Shown in pieces: positions 10,457 through 19,983 of a DNA stretch of 64,000 bases. The position numbers and the translations under genes are program-made. Below the pieces are notes generated by a model that saw only the letters and a program-made list of their open reading frames with translations, did not search any database and was not told where the DNA came from. Source of the stretch: Longimicrobiales bacterium (GTDB taxonomy: Bacteria; Gemmatimonadota; Gemmatimonadetes; Longimicrobiales; Gaopeijiaceae); assembly GCA_963664435.2 (NCBI GenBank), contig CAXXKM010000003.1:1312001-1376000 (forward strand), written 5' to 3'. Within the stretch, counting starts at the first letter, position 1. The number at the start of each line of letters is the position of its first letter.

Positions 10457-10485
10457 AATCTAGACCAATCCTTCGACCGGGTCAC
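10457..10485 (-). promoter_or_regulatory. Candidate sigma70 promoter giving a leaderless thiolase mRNA
   Basis: GTGACC-N17-TAGATT, then 7 nt, then ATG; no SD sequence. Confidence 0.5.
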
Positions 10486-11278
10486 GTCCTTCGGGCCTGG
10501 CGAGGAGTCGGCGCAGCGCCCGAAGGTCGCGGACGCCCCGCCGCTCCGTTTTCTCCAGAAGACACCTCAGGACCTTGGCAGCCGCGCGAGCGTCGCCCAG
10601 AGCGCGATGACGGCCGTGCACCTCGACGCCGAAGCGGTCGCACAGGGCGTCGAGATGATGCCGCCGCTGGGATGCCAGCAGCCGGCGCGACAGTTGCTCG
10701 GTGCAGAGTCTCTGCACGCGCGGAGCGTCCCCCAGCACCTCGCGCAGCTGTCCACCGACGAAGGCCCAGTCGTGGTCGGCGTTGTGGGCCACGAAGACGT
10801 GGTCCTCGAGCCGGCTGCGGACCTCGACGGCGATCTCGTGGAACCGGGGGGCCTTCGCGACCCTGGTTCCGCTGATGCCGGTCAGGCGGGTTACCGAAGC
10901 CGCGATGTCCCGTTCGGGATTGACCAGACTCTGGAATTCGCGGGTCACGACCCCTTCGCGCAGCTCCACGACGGCCAGCTCGATGATGCGGTGGCCCGCC
11001 CCGTACGCGCCTCCGGTCGTCTCCACATCCACCACGGCGTAGTCGAGAAAACCGAGCGAGGAACGCACCCCGGCCAGGCCCGGGGTCAGCTGCCAGCGGC
11101 CCTCCGGGTCAAGGCGAAACCTGGGATCGGGCCCCAGCAGCGACGCGATCAGCGCGGGCGACTCCTGCTCGAACGCGCGCAGCCGGGTCGCCCGGCGGGC
11201 GAGCTCGTCCGGGTGCAGTGGTCCCTCGCCGAGCAGGCCTGCGACCGTCTCGACCCATGACTCCCGGGACGCGCTCAT
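10460..11278 (-). CDS. DnaQ-like DEDDh 3'-5' exonuclease (Pol III epsilon-like)
   Basis: VVDVETTG, FVAHNA..D, HRALGDA motifs; extra ~75-aa N-terminal domain. Confidence 0.9.
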   Translation of the reverse strand: MSASRESWVETVAGLLGEGPLHPDELARRATRLRAFEQESPALIASLLGPDPRFRLDPEGRWQLTPGLAGVRSSLGFLDYAVVDVETTGGAYGAGHRIIELAVVELREGVVTREFQSLVNPERDIAASVTRLTGISGTRVAKAPRFHEIAVEVRSRLEDHVFVAHNADHDWAFVGGQLREVLGDAPRVQRLCTEQLSRRLLASQRRHHLDALCDRFGVEVHGRHRALGDARAAAKVLRCLLEKTERRGVRDLRALRRLLARPEGRDPVEGLV

Positions 11279-12072
11279 GTGCCCTCCACCAGCGCCGCCA
11301 GGCGGACGAAGTCCTCGGGCGCCAGGGCCTCGGGGCGGAGCGTCAGGTCGAGCCCGCTGCGTGTCTCCACCTCCATGACGGCCCGCCGATCGAGCCGATA
11401 GGCCGGTGCGTCCCGGAGAATCCGCTGAAACTGCTTGCGCCGGCGCTGAAAGGCCGCCCGGGTGAGGACGCGCACGGCCTTCTCCTGCGCTGCGGAAGTC
11501 CTTGGAGGGTGGAAAGGCCGGATCCGCACCACCACCGAATCCACCCGCGGAACAGGGCGAAACGCCGTCCGCCGCACGCGCAGGACACGCTCGACCCGCG
11601 CCACCATCCGGACCCCCACCGACAGGGCGCCATAGGTCCGGGAGCCCGGGGCCGCCAGCATCCGCTCACCGACTTCCCGCTGCACCATGATGACGATCTC
11701 GGCCGGACGCGGACGCTCGAGAAGCCGGAAGACGATCGGTGAAGTGCGGTTGTAGGGAATGTTGCCGATCACCTTGAGCGCGGAGATGTCTTCGGCCAAC
11801 TCCACGATGTCGGTGTCGAGGATGTCGCCCCGAACGAGGGTGACGTCGGGTCGGCCGGCCAGCTCCTCGCCGAGGCGGTCCGCCAGCTCCCGGTCCAGCT
11901 CCACAAGCAGCAGACGCCGCGGCAGGCCCAGCAGATGACGGGTGAGCGCGCCGGTCCCGGGTCCGATCTCCAGCACCTCGTCGGTGGCCTGAACGTCGAG
12001 CGCCCTCACGATGGCCCGCTGAATGTTGGGGTCCACCAGGAAGTTCTGGCCGAGGGAACGCTTCGGCCGCAC
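11275..12072 (-). CDS. rsmA: 16S rRNA dimethyladenosine transferase
   Basis: KRSLGQNFL, LEIGPGTGALT, GNIPYN, MVQREV, FRPVPRVDS. Confidence 0.96.
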   Translation of the reverse strand: MRPKRSLGQNFLVDPNIQRAIVRALDVQATDEVLEIGPGTGALTRHLLGLPRRLLLVELDRELADRLGEELAGRPDVTLVRGDILDTDIVELAEDISALKVIGNIPYNRTSPIVFRLLERPRPAEIVIMVQREVGERMLAAPGSRTYGALSVGVRMVARVERVLRVRRTAFRPVPRVDSVVVRIRPFHPPRTSAAQEKAVRVLTRAAFQRRRKQFQRILRDAPAYRLDRRAVMEVETRSGLDLTLRPEALAPEDFVRLAALVEGT

Positions 12073-12075
12073 GTC

Positions 12076-13638
12076 TCAGAGCCTCAGCGCGATGGCGGTG
12101 CGGTCGTCGGCGGGAATGGCGCGCGTCGGTTTGGCGGCGAGCCGGAAGAGCGAGTCCACGATGGCGACCGGGCCACGGTCGACCTGCTTTCGCGCCTCCG
12201 CCAGCACTGCCTCCTCGCCGCTGCGCGATCCGCTTGTGGCCAGCGAGTCCGAGAGGCCGTCGGTAAACAGAAACAACAGATCCTCGCCCGCGACCCAGGG
12301 AACGCTGACCTCGGAATACGAGCCCGGTCCGGCGATCCCGACCGGCGGGTCGGTGGCCGCCAGCCGCCGCTCCTTCCTGCCCGGCCGGAAAGCGAACGCG
12401 TGAGGGTGGCCCGCATTGGAGTACACCAGCTCGCCGGCGGCCGGATCCAGCACGCCGCAGAACAGGGTGAGGTACATCTCGGTGGTCTCGAGCTCGTCGC
12501 GCAGCGCGTCGTCCACGTGGCGGAGGACCTCGGCCGGACTCTCCGTTTCGCCCGCGAAGATGGACGCGGCCGACAGGGCGAGCGCCATGATGAGCGCGGC
12601 CGGAAAGCCGTGACTCGACACATCGCCGATCATGACGCCGAGCCGGCCTCCCGAAAGCTTGATGAAGTGGTAGAAGTCGCCCCCCACCTGTTCCGCGGGC
12701 TCGACGCGCGCCGCCACCTGGCTCAGACCCAGCTGATCGACCGGCTGAAGCAGTCGCATCTGAAGGTTGTGGGCCAGCTCCATCTCGTGCGCCATCCGGT
12801 CGCGTGCCCGGCTCTCGCGGAAGAGTCGATGATTCTCCAGCGCCGCGCCGATCTGACTGGCTATGGCGGTCAGCAGCTTGCGGTCCCCGGTCGAGAACGT
12901 GCCCCTCCTCCTGCGCCCGAACAGGTTGATGACGCCGACCGTGCGCGCCTTTCCCTCCTGCGGGGCATACTGGATGGGCACCGAAAGGGCCGATTCGGAA
13001 CGCAGGTTGGGGGCGATCGCGGGGTGCGTGCTGTCGCCGCCCGTGCTGATGATCGCCTCACGTTCCCGGAACACGCGCGCGGTCAGCATGTCCCCGGCGG
13101 GATCGAGCGGCCCGTCCAGTCCGGCGATTCCCTCGGCGGCGACCTGATGCAGCAGTCCGTCCCCGGCGTCGTAGACCCACAGCGAGCCGCGGCGGGCGCC
13201 CAGGACGTCGCACACTTCGTTGAGGATGATGCGCGCGGCTTCGCCCAGCTCCAGGATCGAGCCCAGGATTTCGCTGATCGTGTAGAGCAGGTTGATTTCT
13301 TCGTAACGCGCGGACAACTCGCCACTGAGGAAGCTGATTTCCTGCTCGGCGTCGAGAACCCGCACGAGCTGCGAGCAGAGCAGGTCCGCGGCCGGCGCCA
13401 GGGACGGGTCCGCGGGCAGCACCGCCAGCTCCAGGCTGCGGCCCTCGCGGGTGCTCAGTCGGCGCGTCAGGGCCACGTCCCGCTCGCTCGCCGAAAGGGC
13501 GGAGGCGGTCTCCTCCGGATACAGGGAGCGGCCGGAGACCAGATCGCGCACGCCCAGGCGCCACGGAAAGCTCCCGGCAAACTCGTCCAGCATTGCGCGG
13601 GCCGGCCGCGGCAGCCGCGGAGCGCCGGTCCCGCTCAT
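12076..13638 (-). CDS. GAF-domain PP2C/SpoIIE-family phosphatase (RsbU-like)
   Basis: GAF region followed by VGGDFY, IGDVSSHG, YSNAGH, FTDGL, DDRT. Confidence 0.93.
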   Translation of the reverse strand: MSGTGAPRLPRPARAMLDEFAGSFPWRLGVRDLVSGRSLYPEETASALSASERDVALTRRLSTREGRSLELAVLPADPSLAPAADLLCSQLVRVLDAEQEISFLSGELSARYEEINLLYTISEILGSILELGEAARIILNEVCDVLGARRGSLWVYDAGDGLLHQVAAEGIAGLDGPLDPAGDMLTARVFREREAIISTGGDSTHPAIAPNLRSESALSVPIQYAPQEGKARTVGVINLFGRRRRGTFSTGDRKLLTAIASQIGAALENHRLFRESRARDRMAHEMELAHNLQMRLLQPVDQLGLSQVAARVEPAEQVGGDFYHFIKLSGGRLGVMIGDVSSHGFPAALIMALALSAASIFAGETESPAEVLRHVDDALRDELETTEMYLTLFCGVLDPAAGELVYSNAGHPHAFAFRPGRKERRLAATDPPVGIAGPGSYSEVSVPWVAGEDLLFLFTDGLSDSLATSGSRSGEEAVLAEARKQVDRGPVAIVDSLFRLAAKPTRAIPADDRTAIALRL

Positions 13639-14066
13639 TCGCGTCGTACCGGATCGCGTCTCAGCAGCAGGGTGACGGAGTTGCCCCGGTCGTTGAAGGA
13701 CACCTCGTCCAGCAGTCTGCGCATCAGGAAGATTCCGCGTCCGTCGGGCTTCAGAAGGCTCTCCGGAGTGGTCGGGTCCGGGACGTGCTCGTAGTCGAAG
13801 CCCGGTCCCTCATCCGTCACCCTGGTGATGATGGCCTGCGCCGTGATCGTCAGCTCCACGCGCACGCGCTTCGATCGGTCGGCGCCGTTCCCATACAGCA
13901 TCGCGTTGGAGAGCGCTTCCGAAAGCGCCACCCGAAGATTCATGCGGACACGGCTGGCCCTGCGCTCGAGCTCGATGATGCGATGGCAGCGGGCCACCAC
14001 CTTCTCGACGGCGTCCTCGATGCGGAGGACGTCGCTCGGGAGGTGAAAGATCAGCTCCGGATCCAT
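13635..14066 (-). CDS. Anti-sigma factor / Ser-Thr kinase (RsbW-like)
   Basis: EALSNAMLYGN, DEGPGFD, GRGIFLM HATPase_c_2 motifs. Confidence 0.92.
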   Translation of the reverse strand: MDPELIFHLPSDVLRIEDAVEKVVARCHRIIELERRASRVRMNLRVALSEALSNAMLYGNGADRSKRVRVELTITAQAIITRVTDEGPGFDYEHVPDPTTPESLLKPDGRGIFLMRRLLDEVSFNDRGNSVTLLLRRDPVRRE

Positions 14067-14104
14067 GGGCTGCCGCTGGGCATGGAGCCCCCCTCGGACG
14101 AAAC

Positions 14105-14437
14105 TCAGCTGTCCCGGAGGCCCTCTTCGCGGGAATCCACGATGGTGAACAGCGTGTCGAGCTTGGTGAGCTGAAAGAGGGTGCGCAGGTCTTCGTTGAG
14201 CGCGGCCAGCCGGAGTTCCCCGCCCTGCTCACGCACCTTCTTGGACAGGGACACCAGCACCCCCAGCCCGGAAGAGTCGATGTAGCCGGTCTCGGCAAAG
14301 TCGACCAGGAACTCGCGGTCTCCCGTCCGCAGCCGCTCGAGCACGACGTGCTTGAGTTCCTGGCGGTTGGCTACGATGAGATGGCCGGTTACGCTGATGA
14401 CGGTGATCGCACCGGATTGTTCTACGATAAAGGGCAT
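14105..14437 (-). CDS. STAS anti-sigma factor antagonist (RsbV-like)
   Basis: DFAETGYIDSSGLGVLV phosphoacceptor motif; start at MPFIVEQ. Confidence 0.93.
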   Translation of the reverse strand: MPFIVEQSGAITVISVTGHLIVANRQELKHVVLERLRTGDREFLVDFAETGYIDSSGLGVLVSLSKKVREQGGELRLAALNEDLRTLFQLTKLDTLFTIVDSREEGLRDS

Positions 14438-14513
14438 GCCGGGCTCCGCGTTTTTCTGATGGAATCCGCGCTGGATCCGCCGACGGCGTGGACGGTCGGG
14501 CGAAGTGCGGGGC

Positions 14514-14543
14514 AGTTTACATGCAGCCCGCGGGGGCAGGCAA
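14514..14543 (-). promoter_or_regulatory. Candidate sigma70 promoter for the STAS-RsbW-PP2C module
   Basis: TTGCCT-N18-TAAACT in the intergenic region. Confidence 0.45.
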
Positions 14544-14570
14544 GGAGCCTCGCGCGGCAAACCGGCGCCA

Positions 14571-15089
14571 TCAACCCTCCCTCCCCCCCCGGTTCTCGAG
14601 TCTCCGGCGGATCCCGCGGGCCACAAGGGGCGAGACGAACCTGGAGATATCCCCGCCCAGGACGGCCACTTCGCGAACCAGAGAGGAGGACAGGAACGCG
14701 TAGGACACGTCCGGCATGAGGAAGAGGGTCTCGGCGCCCGGCCACAGCTGCCGATTCATCTGGGCCATCTGGAATTCGTACTCGAAGTCCGACACCGCCC
14801 GAAGGCCGCGAATCATGAAGCGCGCGCCCCGGTCGCCGGCGAAGTCCACCAGCAGGCCCTCGAAGGAAGTGCATTCCACCCGCGCCTCCTCCCGAAACAC
14901 CTCCTGCAGGAGACGTACCCGTTCCTCGACGCCGAACAACTGGCGCTTCGACTGGGTCGAGCTGTGCGCCACCGCGACGATGACCCGGTCGGCCACGCAC
15001 AGCGTGCGCCGGACGATGTCCTCATGCCCCAGCGTGACGGGATCGAAGGACCCCGGATAGATGGCGACCAGATCCCTGGCACTGCTCAT
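14571..15089 (-). CDS. coaD: Pantetheine-phosphate adenylyltransferase
   Basis: YPGSFDPVTLGH, IRGLRAVSDFEYE, LSSSLVREVA. Confidence 0.97.
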   Translation of the reverse strand: MSSARDLVAIYPGSFDPVTLGHEDIVRRTLCVADRVIVAVAHSSTQSKRQLFGVEERVRLLQEVFREEARVECTSFEGLLVDFAGDRGARFMIRGLRAVSDFEYEFQMAQMNRQLWPGAETLFLMPDVSYAFLSSSLVREVAVLGGDISRFVSPLVARGIRRRLENRGGREG

Positions 15090-15619
15090 GCGTCCGCCTC
15101 CGCAATGGTCAGCGTGGTGTCTCCGTACACTCGTTGCCGCAGCCGAAGCCCCGGACAACCCGGCAACTCCTCCCGGGAACGATGCTCCACCCAAAGAGCG
15201 CCCGCAAACGGCCGCTCGCCATAGAGGTCGAGGAGGCGCCCCGCCAGACGGCGACCGTAGGGAGGATCGGCCAACGCCAGATCGACCTCGTCCCGCCGCA
15301 TGCGCTTCGTATACGCCAGAGCGTCGGCCCGCACCACGCGGGTGACGGCGTCCGCGCCCAGCAGCTCGATGTTGGCCCGAAGCACCCGGAGCGCGCCGCG
15401 CGAGAGCTCCACGAAGGTCACGTGGCCGGCGCCCCGGCTCAACGCTTCGAGCCCGAGCGCGCCCGAGCCCGCGAACAGATCCACCACCGCAGCCCCTTCC
15501 ACATCGGCGCCGAGCGCGGCCATCCATGCCTCGCGCACGCGGTCGGAGGTCGGGCGCACGCCCCGGCCGCGCGGCGGCTTCAGCCGGTGTCCGCGCCAGC
15601 GCCCGGCGATGATTCTCAC
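15086..15619 (-). CDS. rsmD: 16S rRNA m2G966 methyltransferase
   Basis: MRIIAG, RPTSDRVRE, DLFAGSGALGLEALSRGA, DPPY. Confidence 0.95.
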   Translation of the reverse strand: MRIIAGRWRGHRLKPPRGRGVRPTSDRVREAWMAALGADVEGAAVVDLFAGSGALGLEALSRGAGHVTFVELSRGALRVLRANIELLGADAVTRVVRADALAYTKRMRRDEVDLALADPPYGRRLAGRLLDLYGERPFAGALWVEHRSREELPGCPGLRLRQRVYGDTTLTIAEADA

Positions 15620-17400
15620 GGCGCGGACTCGGCCGGCGCGCGCGCCGGGGTCGCGGGACGGGACCGGGGCGGGCCGATGTCCGCGAGTTCGGCCTGGATG
15701 AGCGGGACCCCGCGGTAGTTGTCCCGTTTGAGCCGGAACACCGCGTCGACCGGTTCGGGAACCAGCGTCGCGGGCTCGACTCGACCGGCCAACCCGAAAC
15801 CGATCGCATTGAGCGCCGCCGTGCGATCGCGCAGGCGCATCTTGAGGTGGCCGCCCTTCAGCACCTTCACCGGTCCGTCCACCGTGACCCCGCGCGCCAG
15901 GAAGAGGGGGCGCGGGTTGCCCATGCCGTGCGGCCCCATGTGCCGCAGGTAACGCACCAGCGGTTCCGTCACCTCCTCCAGGCGGATGACCGTGTCGGCG
16001 ACCAGGCGCGGCCGCAGATCGCGATCCGCCAGCTCCTGCCCGGCGGCCTCGTTGAACGACGCCCGGAAGGCATCGATGCGTTGCGGCGCGAGGCTCATCC
16101 CCGCCGCCTGCCGGTGTCCGCCGAAACGGTCGAGATGACGGCGGCCCCTGGTGATGGCGGCGAGGACGTCGAAGCCGGGGATGGAGCGGGCGCTCCCGCG
16201 GGCGGTGTCGCCGTCCACCGAGACCAGGACGGTCGGCCGGTGCAGCCGGTCCACCAGCCGGGAGGCCACGATGCCGATCACGCCCGGGTGCCAGTCGCGC
16301 GACGCCAGCACCAGTCCGTAGTCGCGCGCGGGATCATAGGATGGGGCCAGCCGGGCCAGCGCCTCCTGGAGGACGCGCGCCTCCGTCTGTCTGCGCTCGG
16401 CATTGTACGACTCCAGCGCACGCGCCAGGCGGGCGGCCTCGCCCTGGTTGTCGGTGAGCAGGAGGTCGAGCGCGAGGCGCGCCTCCCCCACCCGTCCCGC
16501 CGCATTGATGCGGGGCGCCAGGGTGAAGCCGACCTGGCCGGGGGTGACCGGGCCGCGGACCCGCGCCACCTGCATGAGGGCGCGCAGGCCGGCGTTGTCC
16601 GTGTCGGGCAGGGCGTCCAGGCCGTGACGCACGAGGACGCGGTTGTAGCGCGAGAGGGTCACCACATCGGCGATGGTTGCGAGCGCGACAAGCTCCACGT
16701 GCGGGAGCGGCCCGATGGCGGGCGATCCGGTCATGCGGCCCAGCAGGCGCGCGAGTTCGAACACCACGCCGGTCCCCGAGAGGTCCTGGTTCGGGTAGCT
16801 GCAGTCCTCCCGGCGCGGGTTCACCAGCGCGAACGCGCGCGGAAGGGTCTGGTCGGGGGTGTGATGATCGGTGACGATGACGTCCACGGAGGCCCGCCGT
16901 GCCTCCTCCAGCGCGCCGTGGGCGCGTGTCCCCGAATCCGCGGTCACCAGCAGGGTCGCACCGGCGGCGCGCGCGGCCTCGATCCCTGCAGGGCCGAAGT
17001 CGTACCCGTCGCGCAGGCGATGGGGCACGAAGGGGACCACCCTTCCCCCGAGCGAGCGCAGACAGCGCGTCAGCAACGCCGCGCCCGCGATGCCGTCGAC
17101 GTCGTAGTCGCCGTGCACCAGGATGGTTTCGCCCCGTTCGACCGCCCGCAGCATGCGCCGGCACGCGGGCACGGCATCGGCGAGCAGGGCCGGATCGGGC
17201 AGTCCCTCCAGCGCCGGCCGAAGGTAGGAGCGGGCCGCGGCGGGCTGGCCGAATCCGCGTACCGCCAGCACGACGCACATCGCCCGGGGAAGGTTGAGCT
17301 GCCTGCGCAGGGCTGCGACCTGGCGCGCGGGAGGCGTGGGGGCAACGCTCCAGCGGGGCGCGGGAGCCGGCGGAAGCACCCCGAGCTCCGGCGCGTTCAC
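15616..17400 (-). CDS. recJ: ssDNA-specific exonuclease RecJ
   Basis: GDYDVDG, TDHH, ATIADV, APRINAAGR, GSARS, FGGH.AAG. Confidence 0.96.
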   Translation of the reverse strand: MNAPELGVLPPAPAPRWSVAPTPPARQVAALRRQLNLPRAMCVVLAVRGFGQPAAARSYLRPALEGLPDPALLADAVPACRRMLRAVERGETILVHGDYDVDGIAGAALLTRCLRSLGGRVVPFVPHRLRDGYDFGPAGIEAARAAGATLLVTADSGTRAHGALEEARRASVDVIVTDHHTPDQTLPRAFALVNPRREDCSYPNQDLSGTGVVFELARLLGRMTGSPAIGPLPHVELVALATIADVVTLSRYNRVLVRHGLDALPDTDNAGLRALMQVARVRGPVTPGQVGFTLAPRINAAGRVGEARLALDLLLTDNQGEAARLARALESYNAERRQTEARVLQEALARLAPSYDPARDYGLVLASRDWHPGVIGIVASRLVDRLHRPTVLVSVDGDTARGSARSIPGFDVLAAITRGRRHLDRFGGHRQAAGMSLAPQRIDAFRASFNEAAGQELADRDLRPRLVADTVIRLEEVTEPLVRYLRHMGPHGMGNPRPLFLARGVTVDGPVKVLKGGHLKMRLRDRTAALNAIGFGLAGRVEPATLVPEPVDAVFRLKRDNYRGVPLIQAELADIGPPRSRPATPARAPAESAP

Positions 17401-17446
17401 GCTAGCATCGCCGTTCGAATGCCGGGAGGACCTGATCCACGGGCTG

Positions 17447-18157
17447 CTATTCGCCGTCGCGGGGGGCGAAGATGATGCCGCAGGCCTCGCAGCGGCGCAG
17501 GCTGCCTCCGGCCCTCACCTCCGCCTGCATCTGGAGCGGGACCATCGAAAAACAGCGCCCGCACGCCCCATCCGCGGTTATGGCCATCACGATGGCTCCC
17601 TTCCGGCTGGATCGCAGGCCCTCGTACACCTCCCGCTCGTGGCGATCGAGGCCGACGGCGCAGGCTTCGCGGCGGATCTGCAGCGAAGCGAGCGCGCTCT
17701 CCGCGTCCTCCCGCTCCTGCTCGATCTCCCGCCTCCGGGGTCCGGCCCTTTCCCGCTCGTCCGCCAGCTCCCGCTCCAGCTTGTCGGCCTCCTCCTCCAG
17801 CTTGCGGATCTGGTCCAGATAGGTCAGGGCTTCCTGCTCGTCTCCGTCGACGGAACGATTCAGAAGATCCATTTCCGCCCGCACCGCCGCCTCCTGGCGG
17901 AGGTTGTGCACCTTCAGAAGCCGATCCCGCAGCATCCTCAACCGATTCCGCTTCTCCTCGGCCGTCCGCTCGAGCCTGCGCTCCGCGACGCTCAACTCCC
18001 TGAGCCGGGTGCGGGCCCGCTCGATCCTGGCTGCCAGTTTGCGCTGGTGTGATTCCAACTCCTCCAGAAGCGGGGCGAATCCCTCGACACGAGAGGCAGC
18101 GCGGTCGATTTCCGCGTCGATCTTCTGTAGCTCCAGCAACGATGCGTAGGTCGGCAC
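17447..18157 (-). CDS. Coiled-coil protein with C4-type zinc ribbon (DUF164/HP0958-like)
   Basis: N-terminal LQKID, long coiled coil, CGRC...CEACG. Confidence 0.85.
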   Translation of the reverse strand: MPTYASLLELQKIDAEIDRAASRVEGFAPLLEELESHQRKLAARIERARTRLRELSVAERRLERTAEEKRNRLRMLRDRLLKVHNLRQEAAVRAEMDLLNRSVDGDEQEALTYLDQIRKLEEEADKLERELADERERAGPRRREIEQEREDAESALASLQIRREACAVGLDRHEREVYEGLRSSRKGAIVMAITADGACGRCFSMVPLQMQAEVRAGGSLRRCEACGIIFAPRDGE

Positions 18158-18159
18158 GG

Positions 18160-19983
18160 CTATGGTCTCTCCTCGGTAGATACGGTGCCCTCGCCGGGAC
18201 CCGGACGATGCCGGACTGCCGGGGTCCAGTGGGATGGGTCGATTTCGCGCTTCTTCCTTTGCAGCTCCTCCAGTTCGGAGATCAGTTGCCGCTTCCGCTC
18301 CGGATCCAGCTCCCGGGCGATCGTCGCCCTCAGCTCGCGCGCCCGCTCCGCCAGCGGCGCGCCACGCAGCCTGCGCGCGGAGTCGTCGAGCACGCGAGCC
18401 GCATGACCGGTTTCTTCGCTGCTGGCAAGCAGGCCCGCAAGGCGACCGGCAGCAACCGCCTCCATTCCCTCTGGGGCTCGATCCAATTCCGGGTCCTCCG
18501 TCAGCGCCCGGAATATGGCGCGGTTGGCCGGGTCGACAAAGTCCTCCGGGCCCACGGCCTCGCTCGCGCGGTCGATGAGCCGGCGGTCGTTGAGGAGCAC
18601 CTGGAGGAGCTGGCGCTCAGCGCCCATGATCGGCTTCCGCACCCGCCGCACCCGGGGCTTCGGAGTCGCCGCCATCCCGGCGCCCTCGGCCGAGGCGGCG
18701 GGCGCCCGCGCGATCTCCTCCTCCAACGTCTCCCGCCGCACGCCGGTTTCCGCCGCCACCCTGGAGATGTAGATGTCGCGCAGCGCCGGGTCCCGGGTCG
18801 CCCGCAGGGTCGGGAGCAGCCGGTCCACGGCGTCCCGGATGCCGTCGATCGAGGACAAGCGGTCGCGGGTGGCCAGAATCTGCAGCTTCCGGTCGAGCAC
18901 GTCGACCGCATCCGACACGTACCGCAGCAGCGCCTCCCGGCCCTCATGGCGCGCGACCGAATCCGGATCCTCGCCCGGAGGCAGAGTCACCACGGAGGGG
19001 TGGATCCCGGCGCCCAGCAGAATGTCGGCCGCGCGGAAGGTGGCCCTCAGCCCGGCCATGTCGCTGTCGTACAGGAGAAAGGCCCGGGACGCAAAGCGGG
19101 CCAGCAATCGGGCCTGCACCGAGGTCAGCGCGGTTCCGAGGGAGGCGACGACGTTGGCAACCTCGTGCGCCACCAGCGAAACGACGTCGGTGTAGCCCTC
19201 CACCAGCAGCACCGCCCCCTCTTTCCGGATCTCGTGCCGCGCCCGATTGAGCCCGTACAGTTCCTCGCCCTTGTGGTAGACCGGGGTTTCCGGAGAGTTG
19301 AGGTACTTGGCTCCCTTCCCCTGCCCGAACAGCCTGCCCCCGAAGGCAATGACCTTCCCCGTCAGCCCCTCGATGGGGAAGACGATGCGGCTTCGGAACC
19401 GGTCGTAGGGCTCCTCGGAGCGCTCGCTGGTGGTCACCAGGCCGGCGTCCAGGAGGATGGCGTCGTCGATGCCGTGACGCGCGGCGGCGGTGCGCAGGCC
19501 GCGCCATTCGTCCGGAGCGAAGCCGATGCCGAAGCGCTCGGCGGTCTCCGCGTCGATGCCCCGGTCCCTCAGGTAGTCCCGGGCGAGCCGGCCGGCTTCC
19601 TCGTCGCCAAGCTGCTCCCGGTAGTACTCGCGCGCGAAGGCGTTGGCCTCGTACAGGGGCCGGTTGGGGTCCTGGTATTCCGGCCGCCGCTTCACTTCGC
19701 GCACCGCGACCCCCGCCTTGCGGCCCGCGTACTTGACCGCCTCCGTGAAGTCGAGCCCCATTCGCTTCATGACGAACGAAAAGAGGTCGCCGGATTCCCC
19801 GCAGCCGAAGCACTTGTAGAAGCCCTTGGCGGGCACCACGTAGAAGCTCGGCGTCTTTTCCTCGTGGAAGGGACAGAGCGCGCGGTAGTCCTTGCCGGCC
19901 CTCTTGAGCGGGACGTGTTCGCCGATCACGGCGACGATGTCGGAGCGCGCCCGCACCTCCTCGACCTGGTCGTCGGGAATCAC
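18160..19983 (-). CDS. dnaG: DNA primase
   Basis: CPFHEEKTPSF, CFGCG, KYLNSPET, VEGYTDV, SLGTALT. Confidence 0.97.
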   Translation of the reverse strand: MIPDDQVEEVRARSDIVAVIGEHVPLKRAGKDYRALCPFHEEKTPSFYVVPAKGFYKCFGCGESGDLFSFVMKRMGLDFTEAVKYAGRKAGVAVREVKRRPEYQDPNRPLYEANAFAREYYREQLGDEEAGRLARDYLRDRGIDAETAERFGIGFAPDEWRGLRTAAARHGIDDAILLDAGLVTTSERSEEPYDRFRSRIVFPIEGLTGKVIAFGGRLFGQGKGAKYLNSPETPVYHKGEELYGLNRARHEIRKEGAVLLVEGYTDVVSLVAHEVANVVASLGTALTSVQARLLARFASRAFLLYDSDMAGLRATFRAADILLGAGIHPSVVTLPPGEDPDSVARHEGREALLRYVSDAVDVLDRKLQILATRDRLSSIDGIRDAVDRLLPTLRATRDPALRDIYISRVAAETGVRRETLEEEIARAPAASAEGAGMAATPKPRVRRVRKPIMGAERQLLQVLLNDRRLIDRASEAVGPEDFVDPANRAIFRALTEDPELDRAPEGMEAVAAGRLAGLLASSEETGHAARVLDDSARRLRGAPLAERARELRATIARELDPERKRQLISELEELQRKKREIDPSHWTPAVRHRPGPGEGTVSTEERP

